A stretch of 64,000 nucleotides of DNA from Phormidium sp. (GTDB lineage Bacteria; Cyanobacteriota; Cyanobacteriia; Cyanobacteriales; Aerosakkonemataceae), in the NCBI GenBank assembly GCA_051013385.1, contig CP143273.1, positions 1,600,001 through 1,664,000 of the forward strand. The letters are read 5' to 3'. The notes under the pieces are model-generated. The model had not been told where the DNA came from, did no database searches, and saw nothing but the letters and a program-made list of their open reading frames with translations. The translations under genes were made by a program, and so were the position numbers. Positions 61,627 to 64,000 of this stretch are shown piece after piece. Each line of letters opens with the position of its first letter. Position 1 is the stretch's first letter.

Positions 61627-61668
61627 GCTTTAGCGCTAAATAAGAGCGCTAAAGCGCAACAACGTACT
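61627..61668. repeat. partial REPIN-like doublet
   Basis: GCTTTAGCGCT...AGCGCTAAAGCGCAACAACGTACT. Confidence 0.85.
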
Positions 61669-61671
61669 TTT

Positions 61672-62136
61672 TTAACCTGCTTTCACGACAACGGAATTTC
61701 CTTCAATTTTCGCTTGGTAAGTTGCTAAAGGTTTCTTAGCAGGGCCTTTTAAAACTTTACCATCCGGGGCAAATTCTGAATCATGGCAAGGGCAATCAAA
61801 AAGCTTTTCGTCTTTCTTCCATTTAACTGTACAGTTGTTATGAGTACAAGTAGGATTAACAGCAATTAAACTGTTAGAATTACTTGGATTTCTAATAACT
61901 AAAACTGAACCGACGGGAGATCTTTTATTGAGAATTTGCCCGTCTTTATCTAGTGCGGCTACCGTACCAATAGATTGAAAACCGCTAGATTGGGCAATAG
62001 TAACTGATGGATTTGTTTCGGGAGTTTCGGCGTTAGCTGAGTTGTGGGAGTCGGGGAGACAAGTGGCGATCGCTACAGGTAAAGAACTCGCTACCGCACC
62101 AACACCTACCCAACCTAAAAATTCACGACGATTCAT
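61672..62136 (-). CDS. Tat-exported Rieske [2Fe-2S] protein (PetC-like)
   Basis: MNRREFL signal; CTH and CPCH motifs. Confidence 0.93.
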   Translation of the reverse strand: MNRREFLGWVGVGAVASSLPVAIATCLPDSHNSANAETPETNPSVTIAQSSGFQSIGTVAALDKDGQILNKRSPVGSVLVIRNPSNSNSLIAVNPTCTHNNCTVKWKKDEKLFDCPCHDSEFAPDGKVLKGPAKKPLATYQAKIEGNSVVVKAG

Positions 62137-62272
62137 AGTCTTTTCCCATGATTTTTTAGAAAACCAAGCAATTGAGAAGTATTTAGTGTGATTCAGAAGC
62201 GATCGACAACTAAATACTTCTCTTTAAACTATACTACTTCTTCCAATAGCTTTCAGGATATAAAACTCAAGA

Positions 62273-62557
62273 TTAGTTGTTTGAATTGTCGGAAGAACGG
62301 CGTTTATTAAACAAACCAGTCATACTTAAACCAGTTACTAGTAAGCCAATTAGTCCCAAACCGTTTAAAACTGGGTAAATCTTGTCTAAATGGATGATTT
62401 TCATTGTATGAATTCCCATCAAAAACCGTGATATTTCTTCTTCTTGGAACCATTCAAACAGAATGGTATAGACTACCCCAGTAATTACGGTTAGAATTAA
62501 TGGTAGGGAAATGGCGATCGCTATTTGCCGATGATACTTCCGAAAAACACGATTCAT
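62273..62557 (-). CDS. PepSY-TM-like small membrane protein
   Basis: FRKYHR...LTVITG...IH...TGL. Confidence 0.75.
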   Translation of the reverse strand: MNRVFRKYHRQIAIAISLPLILTVITGVVYTILFEWFQEEEISRFLMGIHTMKIIHLDKIYPVLNGLGLIGLLVTGLSMTGLFNKRRSSDNSNN

Positions 62558-62672
62558 AAATTACCTCAAAAATAAACAGAGAGTCTGACTTTAAAGTAAG
62601 CAAGTAGAGTGCATCAGACTTAATAAATTAGTAAAAACTAACAATTTTTATATCTGAAGCACCCTGCACAAC

Positions 62673-63566
62673 CTAATTAAACCTAGCCAACAATTCTGCA
62701 CGGGATAAATTCAACAACAAAGCAGTTGAATCTGCTGGCGGTAATGCCAACAAAGGCTCAATAATTGCAGTTAGTTCCTCATCCAATTCCCCAAACTTAG
62801 CCCTCAATAAATTTTCCACAAAAATTCGTTGTCCTTGCCCAATACCTTGGTCAATACCCCGCTGAGTAGCTTCAGCTAAACGTTGTTCGTAAAGTGGTGA
62901 CAAACGCATAATTAAATCTTCCTCCTCTGGTGCTAAATTCTGGTTTACTTCTAATATAGCCTTGAGGTTACTTAATAACTCCAACACCACAATTCGCAAG
63001 GGGTCATTTTCTGGAAGGTTTGCTAATTGATCCATTGCTTGTTCCTGCACTCTCCCCTTGCCTAAAATTCGTAACCAAAGTGTTTCCGGGGTTGGCGGTA
63101 ATTGGTGAATTACCACTATTCCGGTTTTCAAATGTGCGGGGAGAAAATAAACTCCGCTGCCCCAGTTATCTACATCAAGTGTAGCGGCAAAACCTGCCAA
63201 AAGCGACTCTGATGCAGTGGGAGAAATTATCCAAAGATGAGGTAAATCTGTCTCTTCAACACGGGTATTATTTCGTCTTGCTTGACGTTCTAAAAAAGCA
63301 AAAACATCAAACAATTTGCCCATACAGCTACGAACATCACCCAAGTTGATAGCATTGCGGTAAGGTTCAAAAATTGCTGCTGTTGTCGCCAACCTTCCTA
63401 GTAATCCTAATTCAGTTGCATCGACAACTTCCGCCCTTGGTGCAAACCAAACATCGATTTCTCTAACTTCACCAGCAATATTCCGACTTGTTTCTACTTC
63501 TCCTAATGGTGATAACAATTCTTTGAGGTAGTCTTTTGCAAATTGGTCGTAAGGAAATACAGTCAT
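62673..63566 (-). CDS. Rpn-like/DUF4351-type hypothetical protein
   Basis: DQFAKDYL, EIDVWF, FEPYR and ETLWLRILGKG motifs. Confidence 0.75.
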   Translation of the reverse strand: MTVFPYDQFAKDYLKELLSPLGEVETSRNIAGEVREIDVWFAPRAEVVDATELGLLGRLATTAAIFEPYRNAINLGDVRSCMGKLFDVFAFLERQARRNNTRVEETDLPHLWIISPTASESLLAGFAATLDVDNWGSGVYFLPAHLKTGIVVIHQLPPTPETLWLRILGKGRVQEQAMDQLANLPENDPLRIVVLELLSNLKAILEVNQNLAPEEEDLIMRLSPLYEQRLAEATQRGIDQGIGQGQRIFVENLLRAKFGELDEELTAIIEPLLALPPADSTALLLNLSRAELLARFN

Positions 63567-63780
63567 TCGATTTTGGATTTTGGATTTTGGATTTTAGATT
63601 ATCGTTAGAAGATTTGTCATTTGTTATTTGTCATGGGTAATTACATTCTCCTACCAACTAACGATTAGTTGAAATGTACGATCGCCTAATTCCCACCCTA
63701 AGATAGATGTAAGAAATCGCTCTGATATATGAAAATAATAACTTTAATTCTTTCGCTCTGCAAACGGAATCTATACAGCC

Positions 63781-64000
63781 ATGCAAAAATATATTCCTCT
63801 GATAGCAAGGGCTTTTCTTGCCGCAATTTTTCTGAAATCTGCTTTCGATAAAATCACAGGTTTTGCGGGAACACAAAAATATATGGCGCAGAATGGTATT
63901 CCGTTACAGTTAACAGGTTTGTTGTTGGTGGGTGCGATCGTATTTGAATTATTAGGCGGTTTTTCAGTGTTACTTGGTTATAAAGCACGTTGGGGAAGCA
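63781..64000 (+). CDS. DoxX-family membrane protein (runs off window end)
   Basis: Manual translation MQKYIPLIARAFLAAIF...FELLGGFSVLLGYKAR. Confidence 0.85.
   Translation, partial: MQKYIPLIARAFLAAIFLKSAFDKITGFAGTQKYMAQNGIPLQLTGLLLVGAIVFELLGGFSVLLGYKARWGS

Overview
This is a 64-kb segment of a cyanobacterial chromosome, probably from a filamentous lineage: HIP1 GCGATCGC sites are abundant, heptamer tandem repeats are present, and it carries hli, pipX/pipY/sepF and cyanobacteriochrome genes. The backbone is core genes (hemE, ald, fmt, ubiA, ppx, mlaE, plsY, proC, sepF, pipY, pipX, der, actP) plus large signalling proteins. Two loci stand out. (1) A tnpB-only IS200/IS605 element (45075-47017) sits exactly in the ATGA overlap of pipX-pipY. 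Its tnpB is split by a 673-bp antisense insert encoding an HTH-LAGLIDADG endonuclease, with no intron or intein. Removing the insert restores a 385-aa TnpB with intact RuvC motifs. (2) A roughly 6.7-kb island is bounded by a duplicated plsY 3' end. It carries a STAND NTPase transcribed away from a four-gene operon: a tryptophanyl-tRNA synthetase with an apparent N-terminal YbaK/ProX-like domain, a DMT-like membrane protein, an M14 peptidase and a TrpG/PabA-type glutaminase. A five-copy direct-repeat array lies between the STAND gene and the operon. The window also holds several IS605 relics, REP/REPIN-like palindromes (some read in-frame inside genes) and small pseudogenes. All calls come from reading the sequence and motifs by eye; no searches were run.
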